From positions 49,315,239 to 49,379,238 of the forward strand of contig NC_057718.1 in assembly GCF_004010195.1 (NCBI RefSeq): DNA of 64,000 nt, given 5' to 3'. This DNA is from Chiloscyllium plagiosum (lineage: Eukaryota). The notes under the pieces were generated by a model. That model had not been told where the DNA came from. It ran no database searches and saw only the letters and a list, made by a program, of their open reading frames with translations. Positions 13,522 to 23,812 of the stretch are shown here, piece after piece (position 1 is the stretch's first letter; every line of letters begins with the position of its first letter). The translations under genes and the position numbers were made by a program.

Positions 13522-13638
13522 GAGCAGAGAGTGTTCAGCAGGAGAAGATAAAAGGTAGGGAGGAGGGACTTGGAGGAGGGGAGTTGGAAATGTGATAGGT
13601 GGAAAGAGGTCAAGGTGAGGGTGATAGGTCGGAGGAGA

Positions 13639-13999
13639 CTAACTATCCGTGATCCCAGTCTGGTTCACTGTGATCCTGACCTAATTAAATGTGATCCCAG
13701 TCTGCTTTACCGTGATCCTGACCTAACTATCCGTGATCCCAGTCTGGTTCACTGTGATCCTGACCTAATTAAATGTGATCCCAGTCTGCTTCACCGTGAT
13801 CCTGACCTAACTATCCGTGATCCCAGTCTGGTTCACTGTGATCCTGACCTAATTAAATGTGATCCCAGTCTGCTTCACCGTGATCCTGACCTAACTATCC
13901 GTGATCCCAGTCTGGTTCACTGTGATCCTGACCTAATTAAATGTGATCCCAGTCTGCTTCACCGTGATCCTGACCTAACTATCCGTGATCCCAGTCTGG
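13639..13999. repeat. Minisatellite: 4.3 copies of an 84-bp unit made of four 21-bp subunits
   Basis: ctaactatccgtgatcccagt / ctggttcactgtgatcctgac / ctaattaaatgtgatcccagt / ctgcttcaccgtgatcctgac; one substitution seen. Confidence 0.97.
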
Positions 14000-14341
14000 G
14001 TCGCCTGAGATGGAAATAGAAAGGTCGAGGAAGGGGAGGGAGGAATCTGAGACTGTCCAGGTGAATTTGAGGTCGGGGTGGAAGGTGTTGGTGTAGTGGA
14101 TGAACTGTTCAACCTCCTCGTGGGAGCACGAGGTAGCGCCGATACAGTCATCAATGTAGCGTAGGAAAAGATGGGGGGTGGGGCCAGTGTAGTTGCGGAA
14201 GATGGATTGTTCCACATATCCTACGAAGAGGCAGGCATAGCTGGGGCCCATGCGGGTGCCCATGGCTACTCCTTTTGTTTGGAGAAAGTGGGAGGATTGG
14301 AAAGAAAAGTTGTTCAGGGTGAGGACCAGTTCGGCCAGTCG
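14000..14341 (-). pseudogene. PLE reverse transcriptase core fragment
   Basis: AMGTRMGPSYACLF, LRYIDDC, FHPDLKFT, LPFLDLSI motifs; no stop in the fragment. Confidence 0.93.
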
Positions 14342-14578
14342 AAGGAAAAGCTAGGAGACTATGGATTGGTGAGCCTAATATGGGTGATGGGCAAGTTGTT
14401 GAGAGAATCCTGAGGAACAGGATTTATAGGCATTTGGAAAGGCAAGGACTGAGTAGGGATAGTCAACATGGCTTTGTGCGTAGGAAATCATATCTCACGA
14501 ACTTGATTGAGTTCTTTGAAGAAGTCACGAAGAGGATTGATGAGCGCAGAGTGGTGGACATGATCTATATGGACTTCA

Positions 14579-15393
14579 TAAAACATAGATTATACAACAT
14601 TACAGCGGAGTACAGGCCCTTCAATGTTGTGCCAACCTGTGAAACAATCTAAAGCCCATCTAACCTATACTATTCCATTATCATCCATATGTTGATCCAA
14701 TGACCATTTAAATGCCCTTAATGTTGGCAAGTCCACTACTGTTGCAGGCAGGGCAGTCCACGCCCTTACTACACTCTGAGTAAAGAACCTACCTCTGACT
14801 TCTGTCCTATACCTATCACCCCTCAATTTGAAGCTATCTCCCCTCCTGCTAGCCATCACCATCTGAGGAAAAAAGCTCTCACTATCCACCCTATCTAATC
14901 CTCTGATCACCTTAAGTTGCGTCTTAACCTTTTCTCTCTAACAAAAACAGACTCGGCTCCCTTAGGCTTTCCTCATAAGACCTTCTCTCCATACCAGGCA
15001 ACATCCTGGTAAATCTCCTCTGCATCCTTTCCAGTGCTTCCACGTCCTTGCTATGATTCGGCGACCAAAACTGTGCACAATACTCCAAGTGCGGCTGCAT
15101 CAGAGTTTTATACCGCTGCAACATAATCTCATGGCTCTGAAACCTAATCCCTCTAGCAATAAAAGCTAACAAACTGTACACCTTTTTAACACCCCTATCA
15201 ACCTGTGTGGTAACTTTCAGGGATCTATGCACGTGGACACCAAGATTTCTCCGCTCATCAGAACTACCAAGAATCTTACCATAAGCCCAGTATTATGTAT
15301 CCCTGTTACTCCTTCCAAAGTGAATCACCTGACACTTTTCCGCATTAAACTCCACCTGCCACCTCTCAGCCCAGCTCTGCAGATTATCTATGT
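14579..15393 (-). mobile_element. CR1 3' fragment, antisense
   Basis: ORFs 14924-15232 (HLEYCAQFWSP) and 14665-14910. Confidence 0.9.
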
Positions 15394-16043
15394 CCAAGGT
15401 CTCTTTGTTCAGCCATGATGTGGAGAAGCTGGTGTTGGACTGGGGTGGCCAAAGTTACAAATCACACAACATCAAATTATAGTTCAACAGGTTTATTTGG
15501 AAGCACTAGCTTTCAGACTACCGCTCCTTCATCAGGTGGTTGTGGAGTAGGACCATAAGACTTTATAACAAAGAATTTATAGCAAAAGATTACAGTATCA
15601 TGCAAGTAAAATGATGCATTTAATAAACTTCAATTGTTGTCAAGTCTGGTTTGATAAATATATAAATTTACTACCATGATACTGTAATCTTTTGCTATAA
15701 ATTCTGTGTCTTACGTCCTACTCCACAACCATCTGATGAAGGAGCAGTGCTCTGAAAGCTGGTATTTCCAAATAAACCTTCTGGACTATAACCTGGTGTT
15801 GTGTGATTTTTATCTTTATTCAGCAACACTCCCCAGGAACTTACCATTGTGTAAGTATGTAAGTTCAGCCCTGATTTGCCTTTCCAAAATTTAGTATCTC
15901 ACACTTATCTAAATTAAACTCAATCTGCCACTTCTCAGCCCATTGGCCCATCTGATCAAGATCTCATTGTACTCTGAGGTAACATTCTTCGTTGTCCACT
16001 ACATCTCCAATTTTGGTGTCATCTATAAACCTACTAACCATAC
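15394..16043 (-). mobile_element. Inverted CR1 RT segment, interrupted by a foldback element
   Basis: Antisense DDTKIG...EQRDLG region. Confidence 0.75.
15414..15812. mobile_element. Foldback mini-element of a second PLE family with an HHR motif in each arm
   Basis: ~150-bp inverted arms; CTGATGA-aggagc...GAAAGCT at 15733-15760 (+) and 15504-15538 (-); 12-bp TSD tctttRttcagc (15402-15413 / 15813-15824). Confidence 0.85.
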
Positions 16044-16246
16044 ATTAGATTAGATTACACATGGCCAATTCACCTGACCTGCACATCTTTGGATTGTGGG
16101 AGGAAACCGGAGCACCCGGAGGAAACCCACGCAGACACGGGGAGAACGTGCAAACTCCACACAGTCAGTCGCCTGAGGTGGGAATTGATCCCGGGTCTCT
16201 GGCGCTGCGAGGCAGCAGTGCTAACCACTGTGCCACCGTGCCGCCC
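16044..16246 (-). mobile_element. HE1/V-SINE-type SINE, internally deleted, CpG-retaining
   Basis: gggcggcacggtggcacagtggttagcactgctgcc head on minus strand; (aatct)n tail. Confidence 0.88.
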
Positions 16247-17445
16247 ACAGTTATAAATGATTTGGATGTTTGGAGGTATAATAATTTAATTAGGAATAGT
16301 CAAGATAGTCTTGTGAAGGGTAGGTCGTGCCTCACAAATTTATTAAGTTCTTTGAGAAGGTGACCAAACAGGTGGATGAGGGTAAAGCAGTCAAGGTGGT
16401 ATATATGGATTTCAGTAAGGTGTTTGATAAGGTTCCCCATGGTTGGCTATTGCAGAAAATACAGAGGCATGGGATTGAGGGTGATTTAGCAGCTTAGATC
16501 ACAGCTATAGGGAGACGCTGAATAGGCTGGGGCTACTTTCCCTGGAAAGTCAGAGGCTGAGGGGTGACATCATCGAGGTTTATAAAATCATGAGGGGCGT
16601 GGATAGGGTAAATAGACAGGTCTTTTCACCGGGGTTGGGAAGGCCAAAACTAGAGGGCTTAGGTTTCAGGTGAGAGGGGAAAAATTTAAAAGGGACCTAA
16701 GGGGCAATTTTTTCACACAGAGGATTGTATGGAATGAGCTGCCTGAGGAAATGATAGAGGCTTGTGCAATTATAGCATTCAAAAGACATTTGGATGAGAA
16801 TGCGCATAGGAAAGGTTTGATGGGTTATTGGCCAAATGCTGGAATGGGACTTGATTTATTTTGGATATCTGGTCAGTGTGAATGAGTTGGACTGAAGGGT
16901 CTGTGTCTGTGTTGTACATCTCTATGACTCCATGACTGTAATTGAGTAACCTCCTAATCTGTAACTGTGTTCCCTAGTTCAGGATTGCCCACCAATGGAA
17001 ACATGTTATCATCTTCCCTGTCGAGCTCCTTCTGAATTGTATTTGCTTCCTCATTATCCCTCATTCTACTAAACATTAATGAAATAATGACTAACGTATT
17101 TAGCCATTCTTAATAAGTCAACACGCTGCTCTAGTATCTTGTATATTCTCTTAATTTTATCACCTCTCTCACATCCCTTAAACCTACTATTCAATTTAAA
17201 ACCCTCTGTCTGTCTTAGTGATATGACTCACCAGAACATTGATCCAAACCTCGTTTAAGTGGAAACCATTTCAATAATAGACCTTCCTCTTGACCCAGTA
17301 CTGGTGGCAGTGTCCCACGTCTCCTGTAAAAATCATGCTCATTTTTTTTCTGGTAATCCATAAAAAAAACACATTGACATTCTCCTTATCACTATCTTAG
17401 TCACCACCAAAGAAAATTCAGATCAATTTTTCCACATGAGTAGTC

Positions 17446-18232
17446 TTTTACAAACCAACCGACTCCCACAGCTACCTGGACTACACCTCCTCCCATCCTG
17501 CCCCCTGTAAAAACGCCATCCCATTCTCCCAATTCCTTCGTCTCCGCCGCATCTGCTCCCAGGAGGACCAGTTCAAAATACGTACAACACAGATGGCCTC
17601 CTTCTTCAAGGACCGCAATTTCCCCCCCGACGTGGTCGACGGTGCCCTCCACCGCATCTCCTCCACTTCCCGCCCCCCCGCCCTTGAGCCCCGCCCCTCC
17701 AACCGCCACCAGGACAGAACCCCACTGGTCCTCACCTACCACCCCACCAATCTCCATGTACAGCACATCATCCGCCGTCACTTCCGCCACCTCCAAACAG
17801 ACCCCAGCACCAAGAATATATTTCCCTCCCCTCCCCTATCAGCTTTCCATAGAGACCACTCCCTCCGCGACTCCCTTGTCAGATCCACACCCCCCACCGA
17901 CCCAACCACCACTCCCGGCACCTTCCCTTGCAACCGCAGGAGGTGCAACACTTGCGCCCACACCTCCCCCCTCACTTCTCTCCAAGGCCCCAAAGGAAAA
18001 TTCCATATCCGCCACAGATTCACCTGCACCTCCACCCACATCATCTACTGCATCCGCTGCAGCCGGTGTGGCCTCCTCTATATTGGGGAGACAGGCCGCC
18101 TACTAGCGGAGCGATTCAGAGAGCACCTCTGGGCCACCCGGACGAACCAACCCAACCAACCTGTGGCACAGCATTTCAACTCCCCCTCCCACTCCACCGA
18201 GGATATGCAGGTCATTGGACTCATCCACCGCC
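17446..18232 (+). pseudogene. PLE ORF remnant: RT thumb, Cys/His linker, GIY-YIG endonuclease lacking its C-terminus
   Basis: YKPTDSHSYLDY, IPFSQFLRLRRICS, CNRRRCNTCAH, IIYCIRCSRCGLLYIGETGR, RFREH. Confidence 0.93.
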
Positions 18233-18332
18233 ACCTCACCTTGACCTCTTTCCACCTATCACATTTCCAACGCCCCTCCTCCAAGTCCCTCCTCCCTACC
18301 TTTTATCTTCTCCTGCTGAACACTCTCTGCTC

Positions 18333-18368
18333 ATTCCTGAAGAAGGGCCTGTGCCCGAAACGTCGAAT
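18333..18368 (+). ncRNA. Minimal type I hammerhead ribozyme; predicted cut after C18364
   Basis: Core CUGAAGA 18337-18343, stem II GGGC/GCCC, GAAA 18357-18360, palindromic ACGU, stem I AUUC/GAAU. Confidence 0.8.
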
Positions 18369-18874
18369 CTCCTGTTCCCTGGATGCTGCCTGACCTGCTG
18401 TGCTGTTCCAGCAATAAAGTTTCAACCTTGATCTCCAGCATCTGCAGACCTCACTTTCTCCTTTTACAAATCTATACTGACTCTTTGACCAGCATGAAAC
18501 TTTCAAATATTTTGTCACCATATTCCTAATTGTACACTCTAGCAATTTCTTGACAGCAGATGTTAGACCACAATTCCTCTGTTTCTCTTTCAAACCTTTC
18601 TAATATAGCAGAGTGGCATGTACAATTTTCCAATTTTAATAAACTGTTTTCAAATCAAGAATATTTTGGAATATTGTAATTTGAGTATCTATAATGTTCT
18701 CACCTAACTCTTTCAAAAGTGTAGCACAGAAACCGATCTGATTCTTGTTATTTCTTGTCCTTCCAGGCATTAATTTCTCTATTTCTGTTTTCTTACTTAT
18801 ATTTATTTTGCTCAGTTCCAGTCCTGGTTCAAAAATATTTACTCAGAATATGGATATTCCCATGTACCCGTGTC

Positions 18875-19800
18875 CACGTTGCACATAGAAGTCTCCAAAA
18901 CCATGTTGTATATATCCTAAAGCACCAACTCCTATTCAATATCACCCATGCTCACTTTTCATTTCCACATTAAATGGGCAATCTCATATTTTGAAATCAT
19001 GCCATCTGGTCTTCTGATTCTGGTCTGTCCCCTTCTGATTCTCCCAGGAATAGAAAAAAAAAATTCTGCATTTATCCTGTCAAACACCCTAAGAATCTTG
19101 TACATTTCAATACGACCCTCATTCATTCCTCTATACTCCAGTGAGTGCAGGTCTAATCTACTCAACCTCTCCTCAAAAAACTGTCCCTCCATACCCAACA
19201 TCAACCCAGTGAACCTTCTCTACTGCCTCCAGTGCCAGTATATCTTCCCTGCTAAGGGGATCAAAATTGTTCACTATATTCTGAGTGTGGTCTCACCAGT
19301 TCCTTATATAAATTTAACAAAACCTGCCTATTTTTATCCTTCATTTTCTTTGAAGTCATGGACAACTTTCCTTCTTTATTACTTGCTGAACTTGAATGCT
19401 AGCTTTTTGTGGTATATGCAGGAGGATACTCAAGTCGCTCTGTGCTATTGCTTTCTGCAGATTTTCTCCATTTAAATAATAATCAGCTTCAATTCATCAC
19501 ATTTTCCCATGTCATACTCCATCTGCCATGTATTTTGCCCACTCATTTTCCTCTCTGTATCCCTCTCGCAAGTCTCTTGCACCACATGCCTTCCTATTTC
19601 TGTGTCCTCTGCAAACTTGGTTACAGTGCATTTACTTGCATTATCCAAGTCTTTAATGTATATGGCTGCAGCACTGATCTCTGTGGTGCTCTTTTAGTGA
19701 TAAACTGCAATCTGGAATATGCCGTCCATATGTCAACTTTTATGAATTAGCCAATCCTCTATTCATGCTAACTTATGACCTCCACACCATGGCCTCTTCT
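18875..19800 (-). mobile_element. Old CR1 3' half
   Basis: ORF 18959-19204 (FEERLSRLDLHSLEYR...IEMYKIL). Confidence 0.8.
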
Positions 19801-19955
19801 CTGAAGTGAAGTGCTGGTGCAAGCAGGATGATCCACTTGGTGCTCTTTTAGTGATAAACTGCAATCTGGAATATGCCGTCCAGATGTCAACTTTTATGAA
19901 TTAGCCAATCCTCTATTCATGCTAACCTATGACCTCCACACCATGGCCTCTTCTC
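19684..19955 (+). repeat. 118-bp local duplication (19684-19801, 19838-19955) with 36-bp spacer
   Basis: Two mismatches between copies. Confidence 0.95.
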
Positions 19956-20326
19956 AGGTGGCATTGATTAACCTCCCGAGCCTCAATTGACAAAGGTGGG
20001 TGAGCTCCCCACTGCCTGTGCTTTGCCTCAGGAAAATTTCAGACAGCTTAAGGGCAGAAAGGTAAGTGGTGGGAAAGTCACTCAATAGATTTCATGAGAC
20101 GTCCTGCGTTCAAAGTCACTGGCTGGGAATTTAAATATCAGTCCCACTTTTCAAGTTTGAAAGCTCTTGATGCATCACAAAACTGGGCGTCATTCTGCTC
20201 CTGCACCCTCCCCCCATCACATGTCACACCAGCTACCTTTTGAAAGTCATCAGTATATTTTTTATGCACATGAAAAATAGAGTGTTGTTCAAAGTGGAAC
20301 AAAATAGCTGTCGGTGAGAAACTTAC

Positions 20327-20392
20327 CATCTGTAAATCACGCGAGTAACAGGCAGAGAGAAAATCTCCTTGTACACAACTCAAATCATTTTT
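20327..20392 (-). CDS. Candidate 66-nt exon (KNDLSCVQGDFLSACYSRDLQM)
   Basis: ccatctcaccctgcag acceptor, ATG|gtaagt donor, single open frame, phase 0-0. Confidence 0.3.
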
Positions 20393-21974
20393 CTGCAGGG
20401 TGAGATGGCAATTGTGGATTTTTTGCATTAATTAAAATATCTCAACAATGTCCTAAATTGAAAATACCAGCCTCACCCATTAACTGATTGGTCTAACATC
20501 CTGAAGGACAGTCCCAAAACCTTAACTCTGAAATGGAAATTCAACACATATTTTCAAAAAGAAAAAACATTCATTTTCTATAGTAAAAAAAATTGCTATT
20601 CGAAATTATGTATTTTAATCATGCCCCTATGTATTGTTTTACTTATTACTTAAAGTATGGTGGCAACTTATTTAACTTGAATGATTTAATAAAATGTTAA
20701 AGCAACATTTTGAAGAGTGGAACTAAGTTTAAAATCTATTTCCTGTTCATCTTCTGGTGAAGGTTTGGTTGCAGCAATCTTCCCCACAAGTTATCAGTAG
20801 CTGAGACTACTATTAGGATTGGTCACAGTAAAACTACTCAATGTTTCTCAGCCCCATCTTATAATTCTCTCTGGGCCAAGCTACAAAAAGGACTGGAAGC
20901 AGAGTTTTCCAATTGAAATTACACGACTGCTGACTTGTTCTCAGCTAAGATGATCCAAAGATTCGAGAAACACTTCCCTTATTTTAGATTGACCTTTATG
21001 TCATAAAATGATAAGTGTTTGTTAGTACTGTCTAACCTTCTGAACTCTTTAGGGGATTTAAGCAATTTTTTGCTAAATGAGATTTTTTTTCTGACATTTC
21101 CAATGACTGGAGGGGAGGCGGAAGCAAACAGCTACGTTGGTAAGGAGACTAAAAAGGAGACACACTTCCAGGAATTTGTACTCAGCTACTGATAACTTCC
21201 AACTGAAGCTCGCCACTCAAAGCAACGCATCTGTATTCTTCTGAGGAGAACAGTAGATTTGGAGCTTTGCAAGAGGAGCTGTCACCTTGCAACACGATCT
21301 ATTGCTTCAGCTGGTACTACATTTCCTTTTGCACTCACGTTCACTACAGTCTTACTTTTTCAGCCAACTTCTTCCAGGCTGCGAAAGATATATCAGCAAC
21401 ATTGGGTCTGCCTGCAGTTCAGGTTTGCATTTAGCAGGTGACATGATTCATAAAGGGAATATATTCATCGCCTTCCCACGGAGACAACGGGAGGGAGCTC
21501 AGGAATTTGCATTTGATTTCAAACTTCCCTGAAGCACAGGGCATCATTGACTTCCCGACATTTCCTCATCAACCATACCAACACTGTAGGAGAAACATTC
21601 CAGATGCCTGTTGCTGAACAGTCTTGTTCAGTGCAATCCATATATTTTATATCATTCTGTTGTGGGGATACATTTTCACCTTCAGTGTGTGGCTATTAAT
21701 GCAGCACAGTGGATTGTTTGCTTGATGCAGAATGCATACATTTTTCATTCTATTCATTTGATGGTGCACTGAGCCAGATAACTGCTCATGCATCGGAGAT
21801 TAAATTGATCTAAAGGTGTCCAATATCCAATTTAATTTCTTTGCAAGCTTTGCTCATCAAGTTGCTCAGAATATTTAAGTTGTTGTTTTCCTTTTAATAA
21901 CTGGGCCTCTGAACTCAAAACCAGACAGACAGCTGGCATTAATATTAAAGTCAGGGTAATCCAAAAGTGCATAT

Positions 21975-22117
21975 ACTTGCATAATACCTTTCATGGTTTT
22001 AGGCTATGTCCAAATGCCTTACAGTCAATAATGCACTTTTTAAAGTCTAGTCACTTGTAAGTGCCGCACCAATTTATCCATAGGGAAGTCCCTTAAGCAG
22101 CGATGATGACCAGATAA
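21975..22117 (-). mobile_element. Deu-SINE/L2-type tail fragment
   Basis: Antisense similarity to 11460-11627. Confidence 0.55.
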
Positions 22118-22530
22118 AGACATAGATTTTATGGTCTCCAAGTAGTCAGAGCTGTAGCCCACGATGTGTGTTGTGTTCCTTTGGAATTCCTGAAACAGTG
22201 ACTATGCGGGAACTGGGAAGTTTAAGTGTCAGACGGACAATTAGCAAGCGGATTCTCTAATAAAATTGCCGAGTCCAAGTTGATCTACAAAGGTTTCTTT
22301 ATGACTTCCCTGAATAGGTACCAAAGAAAATATAAACAGATTAAAAACAGTTCACCCTCTTGTATGATTCTCCCCACCCCCTTGGAAGTCCCACTGAATC
22401 TGCCTGAACAGCCTCCACCCTCTCGGAACCCCCACAATGTCAACTATCCACAACCCCCTAATTATCCACAGAAACACAACGTGACTATCTCTTATACAAT
22501 CAAGCAACCCCGACCCAACTTGACTCGCCC

Positions 22531-22621
22531 CAATGAAGGGCTTTTGCCCGAAATGTCTATTCTCCTGTTCCTCAGATGCTGCTTGACCTGCTGTGCTTTT
22601 CCAGCACCACATGCTGCACTC
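22531..22621 (+). mobile_element. Short PLE 3'-terminal derivative starting within the HHR core
   Basis: ATGAagggcttttgcccGAAAtgtc...ccagcaccac. Confidence 0.75.
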
Positions 22622-22622
22622 T

Positions 22623-23730
22623 AGTGTCGGCACTGTCAGGGCTCAGCTCAACGCTCGTCCTTTCCATCCACTTCTCCTTTTGTTTTCATTGTTTCCTTCT
22701 ATTTTTCCAATTTTTAGTTTTTTTAAACCTACATTGGCTTGTGAAGAGAGCAGCTGTGCTACAGTGACTGAGGGCCCGGAATGGGATAGCCAGTGGTCAC
22801 TGGGCCAGGGCAGAGTGGGATGGCCAGGGATCACTGGGCCAGGGCAGAGTGGGACAGTCAGCGGTCACTGGGCCAGGGCAGAGCAAGGTGGTCAGGGGTC
22901 ACTGGGCCAGGCAGAGTGGGATGGCCAGAGGTCCGTGGGTCGGGGCAGAGTGGGACGGTCAGCGGTCACTGGGCCAGGGCAGAGTGAAATGGCCAGGGAT
23001 CACTGGGCCAGGGCAGAGTGAAATGGCCAGGGATCACTGGACCATGGCAGAGTGAAATGGCCAGGGATCACTGGGCCAGGGCAGAGTGGGATGGCCAGGG
23101 GTCACTGGGCCAGGACAGAGTGGGATGGCCAGGGGTCACTGGGCCAAGGCAGAGTGGGATGGCCAGGGTCACTGGGCCAAGGCAGTGTGGGATGGCCAGA
23201 GGTCACTTGGCCAGGGCAGAGTGAAATGGCTAGGGATCACTGGGCCAGGGCAGAGTGAGATGGCCAGGGGTCACTGGGCCACGGCAGAGTGAAATGGCCA
23301 GGGATCACTGAGCCAGGGCTGGAGCAAAGTGGCTGGTGGGCTGGGGACCTGGAGGGGTTGGTCGCTGGACTGGGGCCTGGTGCCGTTAGTCTATCACAGA
23401 CCTCAAGCTCGGCACTGTGGGGGGAGTGAGACCACGTGTGGAAAGCCCACAGCGTGGAGAGACTAAAGGTGATAGAAGGGCTGTAATGTTTAACTTTTAA
23501 CGTCATTTCTTTATCTTCAAAATTTTTACTATGAAGAATGCTAATATAAAACTTTTAGCTTTTTTCTTATTTCCCAATCTTCCTCCATACGTACTCTATT
23601 TTATTACCTAAGATTTTTATCTAAGTATATTGTATCTAAGATAGTACCGTGTATGGTGGCATTGTACGCATTTCACTGTGCTCCTGTACTTTGTATATAT
23701 AATGTGACAATAAACCTAATTCTAATTCTA
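22623..23730 (+). mobile_element. Putative non-autonomous composite retroposon: head + T tract + VNTR + LINE-like tail
   Basis: Ends tttcactgtg...gtgacAATAAAcctaattctaattctaa; head resembles 55790-55935 (-). Confidence 0.55.
22773..23320. repeat. GC-rich VNTR, about 16 x 34 bp
   Basis: Unit cactgggccagggcagagtgRRatggccagggRt. Confidence 0.95.
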
Positions 23731-23812
23731 ACCATCACCTGAGTCACCAACTACTGGCCAAATGTATGCTTCATGAACCCTGACTACATACTTGACCCAC
23801 CAGTAATATCCA

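Larger units (their letters stand above)
13417..14341 (-). mobile_element. Young PLE insertion: RT fragment + 84-bp array + 3' terminus with HHR
   Basis: Perfect 17-bp TSD aaggaaaagctaggaga (13400-13416 / 14342-14358); 3' end near-identical to 18233-18460. Confidence 0.93.
11847..16937 (+). mobile_element. Disrupted CR1 LINE (EN and RT remnants) hosting several insertions
   Basis: EN motifs (PTREIAKLDLLLGN, SDHNSVSF), RT motifs (SQHGF, LIEFFEEVT, IYMDF), tail ctatgactccatgact at ~16922-16937. Confidence 0.85.
11630..17115 (-). mobile_element. Old CR1 3' end split into 11630-11846 and 16940-17115 by a 5.1-kb nested cluster
   Basis: The two pieces are colinear with the uninterrupted similar fragment at 59005-59395. 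Confidence 0.6.
17445..18460 (+). mobile_element. Young 5'-truncated PLE (RT C-terminus, GIY-YIG endonuclease, 3' terminus)
   Basis: 10-bp TSD cttttacaaa (17445-17454 / 18461-18470) inside an old antisense CR1. Confidence 0.95.

Noticed and set aside
13639..13999. CRISPR-like array (recurring gtgatcc motif)
   Set aside because: The intervening segments repeat every 84 bp instead of being unique spacers; no cas genes; eukaryotic context.
13570..14019. 149-aa repeat protein (RDPSLVHCDPDL...)
   Set aside because: Open only because the stop-free repeat period is a multiple of three; lies antisense within a PLE.
17593..18393. Host GIY-YIG nuclease gene
   Set aside because: Truncated PLE with TSD; the ORF runs into the non-coding terminus after a deletion.
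22593..23292. Overlapping ORFs with GPGQS/WARAE repeats
   Set aside because: A 34-bp unit cycling through frames; no coding evidence.
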